This document shows positions 28,939 to 29,262 of a DNA stretch of 29,262 nt, in pieces (position 1 is the first letter of the stretch; each line of letters opens with the position of its first letter). The stretch covers positions 1 through 29,262 of the forward strand of contig CBFDTI010000008.1 in the NCBI GenBank assembly GCA_965612795.1, read 5' to 3'. The notes under the pieces were generated by a model that saw only the letters and a program-made list of their open reading frames with translations, did not search any database and was not told where the DNA came from. The position numbers and the translations under genes were made by a program. Source of the DNA: an uncultured bacterium (GTDB lineage: Bacteria > Hydrothermota > UBA3073 > NMUJ01).

Positions 28939-29022
28939 AATTGCGTTATTAACCTTTCGCCAGGTAAACGGAGAGTTTTTACCGAGGCATTTAGGATACT
29001 AAAATCAGGTGGAAGGTTGATG
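28939..29022 (+). pseudogene. Fragment of an arsenite-methyltransferase-like (ArsM) SAM methyltransferase
   Basis: Translates to [28 protein letters not shown]. No start codon; in-frame stop at 28930-28932. Confidence 0.7.
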
Positions 29023-29139
29023 GGAGAAAGAAAAACGTCCGGTGAGATAGCTAAGGAAATGGGGATTTCTGATACATTTTTCAAAGGGTTTGGTAAAAAA
29101 TTCTACACTTTTGGGCGGATAAGATTATTTTTGATTTAA
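29020..29139 (+). other. 39-codon ORF with an HTH-like start; probable gene remnant
   Basis: [45 protein letters not shown] upstream. Confidence 0.3.
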
Positions 29140-29144
29140 AATCG

Positions 29145-29262
29145 CCCTAACCAGATTCTAAGATGGTGGGAATAAGTGGAGATGCGGCGGCAACCATATT
29201 ACATCCGGGTTTTATTAAAGGGTGGGGTAAAACTGCTGGATGTGATATGGGAAATAACAAAA
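29145..29262 (+). repeat. Direct repeat of 25669-25786 (FecR gene tail + structured leader, copy 3), runs off the window
   Basis: 118 bp with 2 substitutions relative to 25669-25786. The hairpin at 29194-29250 is identical to copy 2. Confidence 0.95.

Overview
Bacterial chromosomal window, probably from a thermophilic Gram-negative FCB-group/WOR-3-like lineage (inferred from a GC-rich 23S rRNA end, a TonB-dependent receptor, a FlgD-Ig/T9SS-type C-terminal domain and several archaeal-type genes). 1-375 is the 3' end of 23S rRNA, with no 5S behind it. 564-5955 holds Trp/Tyr/Gly/Pro-rich DUF5320-like small proteins, a NifB/NifX-family protein, a ferredoxin, two Fe-S MinD-type ATPases, an aldehyde:ferredoxin oxidoreductase and a class II aldolase; a DtxR-box-like palindrome precedes the cluster. 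A KaiC-like/HTH pair and housekeeping genes follow (SDR threonine-dehydrogenase-like protein, Zn peptidase, DUF4175-like protein, TonB receptor, UbiA, S41 protease, pyrR, DUF72, metG, frameshifted MBL hydrolase, COG3044-type ATPase, APH/kinase fusion). From about 23245 the DNA is AT-richer and looks like a decaying integron-cassette-like array: one near-intact attC, one collapsed attC and two frameshifted FecR-domain paralogs. A conserved 23-bp hairpin precedes two unrelated small exported proteins; its stems have diverged but still pair, and its GGGTGG loop can pair with CCACCC just upstream of the Shine-Dalgarno. A third copy starts at the window end. This structured leader, with the inverted repeats that enclose each small gene, is the best candidate for an undescribed element. 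All family assignments are from motif recognition by eye; no database search was run.
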